Positions 8,983 to 16,567 of a stretch of 64,000 bases of DNA are shown here, one piece after another. Below the pieces are notes generated by a model that worked only from the letters and a program-made list of their open reading frames with translations, was not told where the DNA came from and made no database searches. Source of the stretch: an uncultured Eubacteriales bacterium (GTDB lineage: Bacteria > Bacillota > Clostridia > Oscillospirales > UBA644). Position numbers and translations under genes: made by a program. Numbering within the stretch: position 1 is the stretch's first letter; every line of letters starts with the position of its first letter. The DNA lies in assembly GCA_905207625.1 (NCBI GenBank), contig CAJLLT010000001.1:8577-72576 (forward strand), written 5' to 3'.

Positions 8983-9144
8983 ACAGTTTCCTCTTTTCCT
9001 TCTGTTTTCTATCAGGATTTTTTAATTTTCTGTTTTATTTTTTATTCTTCGTTTTTTCTTGACCCGTTGCCTTTATCTCTTTTCAAAATATAAGCTCTTT
9101 TTTCTTTTACTTATTCTTTTCTTTCAGTTGTTGTTTATTTACGG

Positions 9145-9513
9145 TCATTTTCCGGCATTTTCGCTGATCGGAGCGGGGAGAAAGCTTACGGCTTTGTCGC
9201 TGTCGAATCCCAGTTCCTGCAATTCGTCCAGATATCTCTGAGCCGCTTCGCGCGCGAGGAACAGACGTACCGCACGGATAGTTTCGATATCCGCCGTGAC
9301 GAAACGTCCCGCAGTGCTTCTGGCATCCGTAAGTCCCCAGGCATCCAGCTGAGTATATGCGTGCTGAACGGTATTGGGGTTGACAGATGCCTCCTGAGCG
9401 AGATCTCTCACCGCCGGCATCCTTGCACCGGGGGGATATTCGCCGGAAGCGATCTTCGCTCTGAACGCCGATGCTATCTGCAGATATACCGGCTTGTCAG
9501 GTTGAAATTTCAT
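9145..9513 (-). CDS. GntR-family transcriptional regulator, YtrA subfamily (short C-terminus)
   Basis: KPVYLQIA...PGARMPAVRDLAQEASVNPNTVQHAY winged-HTH; ATG at 9513 preceded by GAAAGGAGG. The longer track ORF is unlikely. Confidence 0.85.
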   Translation of the reverse strand: MKFQPDKPVYLQIASAFRAKIASGEYPPGARMPAVRDLAQEASVNPNTVQHAYTQLDAWGLTDARSTAGRFVTADIETIRAVRLFLAREAAQRYLDELQELGFDSDKAVSFLPAPISENAGK

Positions 9514-9557
9514 GGTAATCCTCCTTTCACCGTGTGTCAACGGTATAATACATAGGT

Positions 9558-9586
9558 ATTGTACCACACTTTATTATAAAAGTCAA
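9558..9586 (-). promoter_or_regulatory. sigma-A promoter for the ytrA-like operon
   Basis: Minus strand reads TTGACT, 17 nt, TACAAT. TATAATA/TATTATA inverted arms flank the -10 and could be an operator. Confidence 0.5.
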
Positions 9587-9688
9587 GCCCCTTTCGAACC
9601 AAAAAATAGAAAATTTGAAAAAACGGTATATTTTTTTCTCCGGATATAAATAATGATACTATAAACAGTCGAAGGGACAGACAGAAGA

Positions 9689-9919
9689 ATGATCAAAGGT
9701 GTAAACAAGACAAGCATAATAGTCCGTGGCGACGGAGAAGTTTTCGAGCAGGCAATATTTATTATCAGCCCCAAATGCAAAAAAAGTCGTTGGGAAGTTC
9801 TTCAACTTGCGGAAAAACTTATAAATCAAAAGACCTCTCCGTTCAGGGCTGTGAACGGAAAGGTCCCAGGGAATAAAAACAAAAACAAGGGTATTTCGGA
9901 TTTTTTCGGCAAAGAATGA
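9689..9919 (+). CDS. small conserved-looking protein of unknown function (76 aa)
   Basis: ORF only. The N-terminus MIKGVNK..I.V...VFEQAIFII resembles small clostridial hypothetical proteins I recall. The SD is weak. Confidence 0.4.
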   Translation: MIKGVNKTSIIVRGDGEVFEQAIFIISPKCKKSRWEVLQLAEKLINQKTSPFRAVNGKVPGNKNKNKGISDFFGKE

Positions 9920-9924
9920 AAGCC

Positions 9925-10404
9925 TCAGACATACTTTATCCCAAACTCATACGCCAGGGTCTGTTCGACTCCGTCAGCGTCGGGGAAAAGACAGCACACT
10001 GCCGTTTCTGTTGAATTTATCAGATCCGCATCAAGTCCGGCACGGGCAAAACAGTCAAATGCAAAGGAAGCTATCGCGAACCGATCGGAAGGAGTTCTTC
10101 CGTTCAGGACAAGCATAACATTTCCCCCGTCAACGTCCGCGGTCAGTCCGGGATAAGCGTTCCGCAGACACCCGCAAAGCTGTACAATGTCGTAAGCTGA
10201 ACTTTTTTCCGCGACAAATATCAGCTCCGAGCCGCCTGGAGTGTTTCCTGACACCGAAAGGATGGGCTTTATTCCCCGCTCTTCCAGAGCGGAAAACACT
10301 CCGGAGGACACCTTCGAGACCTCGGGCAGTCCTCCGATACGTACCAGAACTATATCATGTCTGAGTCTTGCCGATACTATTAGATTTCTCGTATCTATTG
10401 TCAT
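9925..10404 (-). CDS. stand-alone tandem ACT-domain protein (aspartokinase regulatory-domain-like)
   Basis: About 159 aa with two beta-alpha-beta-beta-alpha-beta-like halves resembling the aspartokinase C-terminus. ATG at 10404 follows GGGAGGA. Last gene after asd-dapA. Confidence 0.6.
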   Translation of the reverse strand: MTIDTRNLIVSARLRHDIVLVRIGGLPEVSKVSSGVFSALEERGIKPILSVSGNTPGGSELIFVAEKSSAYDIVQLCGCLRNAYPGLTADVDGGNVMLVLNGRTPSDRFAIASFAFDCFARAGLDADLINSTETAVCCLFPDADGVEQTLAYEFGIKYV

Positions 10405-10440
10405 TTTTCCTCCCACTGCGAAGAAACTTCCGCATGGGCA

Positions 10441-11337
10441 TTACTGTTTCGGGATCAGTCCGAGTCCGGCAAGAGCATGGCTCAGCTGTTCCGTTGTTTT
10501 CTTCTCCGGCTCACAGAGGGGCATCCGGCATCCGCCGCAATCGAGTCCGATCAGACGGAGGGCCTGTTTTACCGGAATAGGGTTGGTTTCCGCAAACAAG
10601 GCGTCGATAAGTTCCGAATACCGGATCTGCAGTGCAGTACTTTCACCCTGTCTGCCTTCAGACCAGAGCCGGCACATCCGTGAAACGGCATCCGGTGTTA
10701 CATTCGAAAGAACCGATATGACTCCCTTCGCGCCTACCGCAAGAAGAGCTGTGATAAGACTGTCGTCTCCGGAATACAGATCAAGTCCGTCCCCGCACAT
10801 AGCCTTTATCCTGACCGCAGCCGCAACGTCTCCGGAAGCCTCCTTGACTCCGACGATATTCGGATGAAGGCTCAGACGTCTGTAAGTCTGCGGTAAAATG
10901 TTCATACCCGTACGGGATGGAACATTATAAAGAATAATGGGAAGATCGGTCCTGTCGGCAATGTATTCATAGTGCTCCGCCAGTCCCTTCTGAGTTGTTT
11001 TGTTGTAATACGGTGTTACCACCAGTTGTGCATCCGCCCCCTCCTCTGCGGCAAATCTTGCAAGCCCGAGGACGTGGGCGGTATCGTTGCTTCCTGTGCC
11101 CGCGATGACGGGAACCCGTCCGTCGACGTGTCTTACGGCATAGCTGATGACACGTCTCTTTTCGCTGTCGGAAAGCGTGGGTGATTCTCCCGTCGTTGCG
11201 CAGACTGCTATAGCGGCAATTCCGTTATTGATATTGAAATCAATAAGTTTTCCCATGGTGTCAAGATCAACCCCGGAATCTCTTCCGAAGGGTGTCACCA
11301 CGGCAGTTGCCGCACCTGTGAAGACGGTTTTTTTCAT
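10441..11337 (-). CDS. dapA: 4-hydroxy-tetrahydrodipicolinate synthase
   Basis: TTGESPTLS motif, 298 aa, AAGGAG SD. Confidence 0.95.
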   Translation of the reverse strand: MKKTVFTGAATAVVTPFGRDSGVDLDTMGKLIDFNINNGIAAIAVCATTGESPTLSDSEKRRVISYAVRHVDGRVPVIAGTGSNDTAHVLGLARFAAEEGADAQLVVTPYYNKTTQKGLAEHYEYIADRTDLPIILYNVPSRTGMNILPQTYRRLSLHPNIVGVKEASGDVAAAVRIKAMCGDGLDLYSGDDSLITALLAVGAKGVISVLSNVTPDAVSRMCRLWSEGRQGESTALQIRYSELIDALFAETNPIPVKQALRLIGLDCGGCRMPLCEPEKKTTEQLSHALAGLGLIPKQ

Positions 11338-11346
11338 CAGGGCTCC

Positions 11347-12342
11347 TTAGATCAAGCCCTCCTGTATCATCCTGAGGGCTATCTGAACGGCGTTTGTTGC
11401 CGCACCCTTTCTTATATTGTCCGCAACTACCCACATATTTATACCGTTTTCCACGCTGTAGTCACGGCGGATACGACCGACGAACACCTCATTGTGTCCC
11501 TTTGCATTGACAGCCATGGGATATACGTTGCTTGCGACATCGTCCTGCAGCACCACACCCTCGGCCTCAGACATAAGACGTCTGATATCGTCAAGTTCAA
11601 AGGGCTTATTGAGTTCAACGTTTATACTTTCGCTGTGGCAGTCAAAGACCGGGACACGAACCGTTGTAGCGGTGATCTTTATGTCATAATCATTGAGGAT
11701 CTTATGTGTCTCATCGATCATCTTATGCTCTTCTTTTGTATAACCGTCATCGGTAAAGACATCGATATGCGGCAGACAGTTCGAAAAGATCGGATAAGGG
11801 AATTTTTTCGGTTCCTTACCTTCGATGCCGTTCCGGAGATCGTTGTAACCGCCCATTCCGGCGCCGGAAACTGCCTGATAAGTAGAATAAACTATTCTTT
11901 TGATCCCGTATTTGTCGTGCAGGGGCTTGAGAGCCACCACCGCCTGAATAGTGGAACAGTTGGGGTTGGCGATTATTCCGTGATGGTTCTTTATAGCCTC
12001 GGGATTGACCTCGGGAACGACCAGAGGAACATCCGGGTTCATTCTCCACGCGGAGCTGTTGTCAATGACAACACAGCCCTTGGATGCAGCTATCGGCGCA
12101 AACTTCTCGCTCGTACTGCCCCCCGCCGAAAACAGAGCTATGTCAAAGCCCTCATCGAAAGAATGCTCGTTCAGTTCCCGGACAGTATATTTTTTGCCCA
12201 TGAAATCAAGTTCCTGACCGGCACTTCTTGCGGACGCAAACAGCGCGTAGTCCGCCTTCAGACAGTATTCTTCAAGAACCTTCAGAAAGGTTCTTCCCAC
12301 CATACCTGTGGCACCTACCACGGCAATTTTGTAGTTTTTCAT
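11347..12342 (-). CDS. asd: aspartate-semialdehyde dehydrogenase
   Basis: VVGATGMVG NAD motif and the active-site NPNCSTI motif; ATG at 12342 follows AGAGAGG. Confidence 0.95.
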   Translation of the reverse strand: MKNYKIAVVGATGMVGRTFLKVLEEYCLKADYALFASARSAGQELDFMGKKYTVRELNEHSFDEGFDIALFSAGGSTSEKFAPIAASKGCVVIDNSSAWRMNPDVPLVVPEVNPEAIKNHHGIIANPNCSTIQAVVALKPLHDKYGIKRIVYSTYQAVSGAGMGGYNDLRNGIEGKEPKKFPYPIFSNCLPHIDVFTDDGYTKEEHKMIDETHKILNDYDIKITATTVRVPVFDCHSESINVELNKPFELDDIRRLMSEAEGVVLQDDVASNVYPMAVNAKGHNEVFVGRIRRDYSVENGINMWVVADNIRKGAATNAVQIALRMIQEGLI

Positions 12343-12398
12343 CGCAATACCTCTCTCTACCATTTTCATTATATGTTCCGAACGGATATCGTGCTAAC

Positions 12399-12422
12399 AA
12401 AAAAAAGGACGGTGAACCGTCC
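12399..12422 (-). terminator. intrinsic terminator inside the asd 5' region (attenuator or sRNA 3' end)
   Basis: Minus strand reads GGACGG-TTCA-CCGTCC followed by T8, 56 nt upstream of the asd ATG. No upstream minus-strand gene ends here. Confidence 0.6.
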
Positions 12423-12495
12423 GTCGTTGCTTTGAAAATCAGGGGGAACCGGAAAATGACATTATGACATTATTTCAATTATTACCCCTCGGTTC

Positions 12496-12525
12496 TTGAC
12501 AATCCGCCCACAAAGATGCTATAAT
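12496..12525 (+). promoter_or_regulatory. consensus sigma-A promoter firing toward queA
   Basis: TTGACA (12496-12501), 18 nt, TATAAT (12520-12525); its -10 overlaps the -10 of the opposing promoter. Confidence 0.55.
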
Positions 12526-12552
12526 TATACCAAATTAATAATAACGTGTCAA
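12524..12552 (-). promoter_or_regulatory. consensus sigma-A promoter firing toward asd
   Basis: Minus strand reads TTGACA, 17 nt, TATAAT. Confidence 0.6.
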
Positions 12553-12622
12553 TAAGAAAATCAGACTTTTTTATGAATAAATCCCGCATATTCAGTGTTT
12601 TATGCGAAAAGAAAGGCTTAAA

Positions 12623-13642
12623 ATGGATCTCCACGATTTCTACTATGATCTTCCCCAGGAGCTTATAGCCCAGCACCCCGCCGAAAAACGTGACGGAAGC
12701 AGGCTTATGCTCCTTGATAAAGAGACAGGGCATATTCAGCACGGTAAATTTCCCGATATACTTGACTATTTTGAAGAAGGAGACTGCCTTGTACTCAACG
12801 ATTCCCGTGTTATACCCGCAAGGCTCTTCGGGCACAGGGAAAACAAGGACGAAGAGGTGGAGATATTCCTTCTCCGGGTGTGCAAGGACGCAAATACCTG
12901 GGAATGCCTGGTGCGTCCCGGCAAGAAAGCCCGTGAAGGAGATATTCTTTACATCAAGGACGTAAAGGCAACTGTTGTGTCCGTCCGGGATGACGGAAAC
13001 AGAATAATCCGCTTCGACTGTGAGGGAGATTTTTCCGAAAAAATTAAGGATATAGGGCAGATCCCCCTGCCGCCGTACATAACCGCAAAAGACCAGGATT
13101 ACAGCAGATATCAGACCGTTTACGCAAAATATGACGGTTCTGTCGCCGCACCTACCGCGGGGCTTCATTTCACGGACGAGCTCCTTGATAAGCTCAGACA
13201 AAAGGGTGTGAAGATATGTTTCGTCACACTTCATGTCGGTCTGGGAACGTTCCGCCCAGTAAAGGTCGAAAACATTACAGACCATAAAATGCACTCCGAA
13301 TTTTTCATTCTCCCGGAGCGCACCGCGGAAATAATAAATCAGGCAAAAGCCGAAGGCAAAAAGATAACCGCGGTTGGAACCACCTGTTGCCGGGTGCTTG
13401 AAACGGTAGGAAGAAACATGCCTCTGACCGCCTGCAGTGGAGACACGGACATATTCATCTATCCCGGATTTGAATTTCACGTTATTGACAGGCTTATAAC
13501 AAATTTCCATCTGCCGGAAAGTACCCTGATAATGCTTGTTTCCGCCCTTGCGGGGAGAGAAAACATTCTCAACGCGTACAACGAAGCCGTCCGCAACGGA
13601 TACCGGTTCTTCTCCTTCGGCGATGCAATGTTTATAAAATAA
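12623..13642 (+). CDS. queA: S-adenosylmethionine:tRNA ribosyltransferase-isomerase
   Basis: MDLHDFYYDLPQELIAQHP N-terminus is typical of QueA; 339 aa from the ATG at 12623. Confidence 0.95.
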   Translation: MDLHDFYYDLPQELIAQHPAEKRDGSRLMLLDKETGHIQHGKFPDILDYFEEGDCLVLNDSRVIPARLFGHRENKDEEVEIFLLRVCKDANTWECLVRPGKKAREGDILYIKDVKATVVSVRDDGNRIIRFDCEGDFSEKIKDIGQIPLPPYITAKDQDYSRYQTVYAKYDGSVAAPTAGLHFTDELLDKLRQKGVKICFVTLHVGLGTFRPVKVENITDHKMHSEFFILPERTAEIINQAKAEGKKITAVGTTCCRVLETVGRNMPLTACSGDTDIFIYPGFEFHVIDRLITNFHLPESTLIMLVSALAGRENILNAYNEAVRNGYRFFSFGDAMFIK

Positions 13643-13699
13643 TCACCTGCATATATGCAGTCCTCAAAGTTTTCAGATATCAGACTAAGGAGTCCGGTA

Positions 13700-14830
13700 A
13701 TGTTTACTCTCATCAAAAAAGAAAAAAATGCCCGTCGGGGACAGTTTGTTACCCCCCACGGAACAATACAGACCCCCGTTTTCATGAACGTTGCCACTGC
13801 GGCGGCGATAAAAGGCGGGGTGGACGCGTTTGACCTCGCGGATCTGAAATGTCAGGTAATGCTCTGCAATACTTACCATCTTCACCTTCGTCCCGGCGAC
13901 GGAACAGTCCGTCAGGCGGGAGGCGTGCGGAAATTCACGGGATGGCAGGGACCGGTACTCACAGACAGCGGAGGATTTCAGGTTTTTTCCCTTTCCGGAC
14001 TGCGTAAAATAAGCGAAGAAGGGGTAACGTTTGCCTCCCATATCGACGGACACAGAATATTCATGGGACCAGAAGAGAGTATGAGAATACAGTCGAACCT
14101 GGGTTCCACCATCGCAATGGCGTTCGACGAATGCGTGGAAAATCCCGCGGCATATGAATACTCCAAACGCTCCTGCGAACGTACATACCGCTGGCTTGCC
14201 CGGTGCAAAGAAGAGATGACCCGCCTGAACTCCCTGCCCGACACCGTCAACCCGAAGCAGATGCTTTTCGGAATAAATCAGGGATGCACCTTTGAAGACC
14301 TTCGTGTCAGGCACATGAAGGATATAGCTACATTTGATCTGGACGGCTATGCCATAGGCGGCCTTGCGGTGGGCGAACCCACGGAGGAAATGTACAGAAT
14401 AATCGAAGCGGTCGAACCATTCATGCCCGTAAACAAACCCCGTTATCTCATGGGGGTAGGCACACCGGTGAACATTCTCGAAGCGGTCTGGCGCGGAGTC
14501 GACTTTTTCGATTGCGTTATGCCCAGCCGTAATGCCCGCCACGGTCATCTTTTCACATCAAAAGGCATAGTGAATATTCTCAATGAAAAATACGCAAAAG
14601 ACTTTACCCCCCTGGATGAAAACTGTGACTGTCCCACCTGTCGCCGCCACACGAAGGCGTATCTGCGGCATCTTTTCAAGGCAAACGAAGTCCTTGCCAT
14701 GAGGCTTGCGGTCATGCATAATCTGTATTTTTACAACAAGCTGGCTCGGGATATCAGGGACGCCCTGGACGAAAACAGATACGAGCAGTTCTATCTTGAA
14801 AAAAGGGATATCTACGGCAAAAGAATATAA
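13700..14830 (+). CDS. tgt: queuine tRNA-ribosyltransferase
   Basis: TPHGTIQTPVFM, DSGGFQV and the zinc motif CDCPTCRRH...H; ATG at 13700 follows AAGGAG. Confidence 0.95.
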   Translation: MFTLIKKEKNARRGQFVTPHGTIQTPVFMNVATAAAIKGGVDAFDLADLKCQVMLCNTYHLHLRPGDGTVRQAGGVRKFTGWQGPVLTDSGGFQVFSLSGLRKISEEGVTFASHIDGHRIFMGPEESMRIQSNLGSTIAMAFDECVENPAAYEYSKRSCERTYRWLARCKEEMTRLNSLPDTVNPKQMLFGINQGCTFEDLRVRHMKDIATFDLDGYAIGGLAVGEPTEEMYRIIEAVEPFMPVNKPRYLMGVGTPVNILEAVWRGVDFFDCVMPSRNARHGHLFTSKGIVNILNEKYAKDFTPLDENCDCPTCRRHTKAYLRHLFKANEVLAMRLAVMHNLYFYNKLARDIRDALDENRYEQFYLEKRDIYGKRI

Positions 14831-14867
14831 AATGCGCAAAAATCACCTCATACGGATCACAAATCAA

Positions 14868-14897
14868 AAATCCACCCTGCCGGGTGGATTTTTTTAT
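14868..14897. terminator. bidirectional terminator between tgt and the GNAT gene
   Basis: ATCCACCC / GGGTGGAT stem flanked by an A-run and T7. Confidence 0.75.
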
Positions 14898-14911
14898 TGA
14901 TTAAAGTCAAA

Positions 14912-15352
14912 TTACTGTTTTTTATCTATCACGTACTGCACATAGCTCAGGGGTTTGAAGCCGTGACGGCGATACAGTGCCGCAGCCGCAAGGTTTTCCG
15001 GCTCCGTCTCCAGCCTGAACCTTGCCGCAGGAAACGATCGGGTAAGCTCGTCAAGAAACTTTCCGCCAAGGCCCTTTCCTCTGAACTGTGGAACGACGTA
15101 AAGCTCCTCCAGCCAGACCACCGAACCTCCAGCCTCATGGGAATAGGTCTTGCTGATCTGGGCATAGCCCGCGATCTGTCCATCCTGCTCAATGATAAAG
15201 CATTCAACATAATCTCCGGAGCGCATAAGCTCTTCGAACAGCGCTTCATGGTTTTCCTCCGGAATAGGATGAAGTACAGCCGGGGAAGAGTAAAAGTCCC
15301 TTGTCATCTCAAGAAAGGTGTTTCTGTCCTCCGGACGCAGTTTTCTGAACAT
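14912..15352 (-). CDS. GNAT-family N-acetyltransferase
   Basis: 146 aa; acetyl-CoA motif QFRGKGLGGKFL. Confidence 0.85.
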   Translation of the reverse strand: MFRKLRPEDRNTFLEMTRDFYSSPAVLHPIPEENHEALFEELMRSGDYVECFIIEQDGQIAGYAQISKTYSHEAGGSVVWLEELYVVPQFRGKGLGGKFLDELTRSFPAARFRLETEPENLAAAALYRRHGFKPLSYVQYVIDKKQ

Positions 15353-15353
15353 A

Positions 15354-16184
15354 TTATTTCTCCGTATTCATTACTTTGCTGCCGGCAGGTACGGAATGGG
15401 TAAGCCATACGTTACCGCCGATAACCGAACCGTCCCCGATATATGTATCTCCGCCGAGAATTGTGGCTCCGGCATAAATAACCACATTGTTACCGATATT
15501 CGGATGACGCTTGATATTTTTGACCGGGTTTCCGTTCTCATCCTTCGGAAAACTTTTTGCACCGAGAGTCACACCCTGATACAGTTTGACATTATCACCG
15601 ATAACGCAGGTTTCTCCGATAACTACGCCTGTTCCGTGATCTATAAAGAAGCTTTTTCCCACCGAGGCTCCGGGATGAATATCTATTCCGGTCACCCTGT
15701 GGGCGTTTTCCGTCAGTATCCGCGGAAGCAGAGGCACACCTATTACAAGAAGCTCATGAGCCACCCGGAAAGTGCTTATAGCCTCAAAGGCAGGATATGC
15801 CAGCATGACCTCCGTGCGGCTCTTCGCAGCGGGATCCCCGTCGTAAGCCGCCTGTATATCGCTGTTCAGCAATGAGGCAAGCTTCGGCACTGATTCCATG
15901 AATTTTTCAGTCACCTGAGCCGCTTTCACCTTATCTGAAAAAATGTCCTCACACACGTCTTCAAGTAACTCGGAAGTGCGACGGAGATTTCTCACCGTAA
16001 CACAGCAAATCTCATTGTATCGGAGACTTTCCTCGTCAAAAACCTTCGGGTATATAGCCGCCCGGAGCAACTCCAGAAACTGTATGGCTTTCGTCCTTGT
16101 CTGGTGGGTTATGGTGCAGTTTCCCTCGCATTTTTCCGCCGTAACGGAAACAATCTGTTCCGCCGCATTCTCAAAATCAAACAT
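15354..16184 (-). CDS. cysE: serine O-acetyltransferase (long form)
   Basis: Hexapeptide-repeat C-terminus ([20 protein letters not shown]..) with an N-terminal SATase helical domain. Confidence 0.9.
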   Translation of the reverse strand: MFDFENAAEQIVSVTAEKCEGNCTITHQTRTKAIQFLELLRAAIYPKVFDEESLRYNEICCVTVRNLRRTSELLEDVCEDIFSDKVKAAQVTEKFMESVPKLASLLNSDIQAAYDGDPAAKSRTEVMLAYPAFEAISTFRVAHELLVIGVPLLPRILTENAHRVTGIDIHPGASVGKSFFIDHGTGVVIGETCVIGDNVKLYQGVTLGAKSFPKDENGNPVKNIKRHPNIGNNVVIYAGATILGGDTYIGDGSVIGGNVWLTHSVPAGSKVMNTEK

Positions 16185-16225
16185 TCTCTCTCCGCCTTTC
16201 TTTATGACTACGGTTCATTATATGC

Positions 16226-16567
16226 TCAGTTTCCGCAGCCGTCGCATTTCCGGGCAAAAAACTCTACGGTATCTATCCGGTATTCCCCGTCTGTGCGTTC
16301 TGTTTTCAGCAGGTCCAGAGTCCTGCACATAACCGGATTCCCGCTCCGGCATAAGACTTTGGTCACCCCGGCAAAGTCAAGTTTCGAAAGCACCGCACGA
16401 ACCACGGCGCAGTGAAGCACGGATCCCGGGTCAGAAAAGGTCTCAAGCTCTTCAAGTTCAAGAAGTTCCGCTTCTTTTTCCCCGCAGGAATACCTGCAAC
16501 GCAACACAGCCATGTCTCCGTCGGAAAGGACAAAAGCGTCCCGACCGTCAGGAAGAATAGTTATCAC
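16226..16567 (-). CDS. hypothetical 113-aa Cys-rich protein
   Basis: ORF with a GTG start in a GTGA overlap with the dnaE stop; ends in CDGCGN; no family recognised. Confidence 0.5.
   Translation of the reverse strand: MITILPDGRDAFVLSDGDMAVLRCRYSCGEKEAELLELEELETFSDPGSVLHCAVVRAVLSKLDFAGVTKVLCRSGNPVMCRTLDLLKTERTDGEYRIDTVEFFARKCDGCGN

Noticed and set aside
12343-12552. L-box (lysine) riboswitch as the identity of the asd leader
   Set aside because: The leader is only about 120 nt and lacks the conserved L-box helices and core segments as I recall them. It is retained as an unassigned element in the findings rather than called an L-box.
12482-13510. 342-aa ORF antisense to queA
   Set aside because: It lies in exactly the same codon phase as queA (both triplet registers are 2 mod 3). 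In that phase, antisense stops arise only from sense TTA/CTA/TCA codons, which this genome evidently avoids. The translation is low-complexity with no motifs or RBS, and queA on the other strand is unambiguous.
16185-16225. T-box leader upstream of cysE
   Set aside because: Only 41 nt separate cysE from the preceding ORF, which is far too short for a T-box. cysE appears to be co-transcribed with dnaE-orf113.
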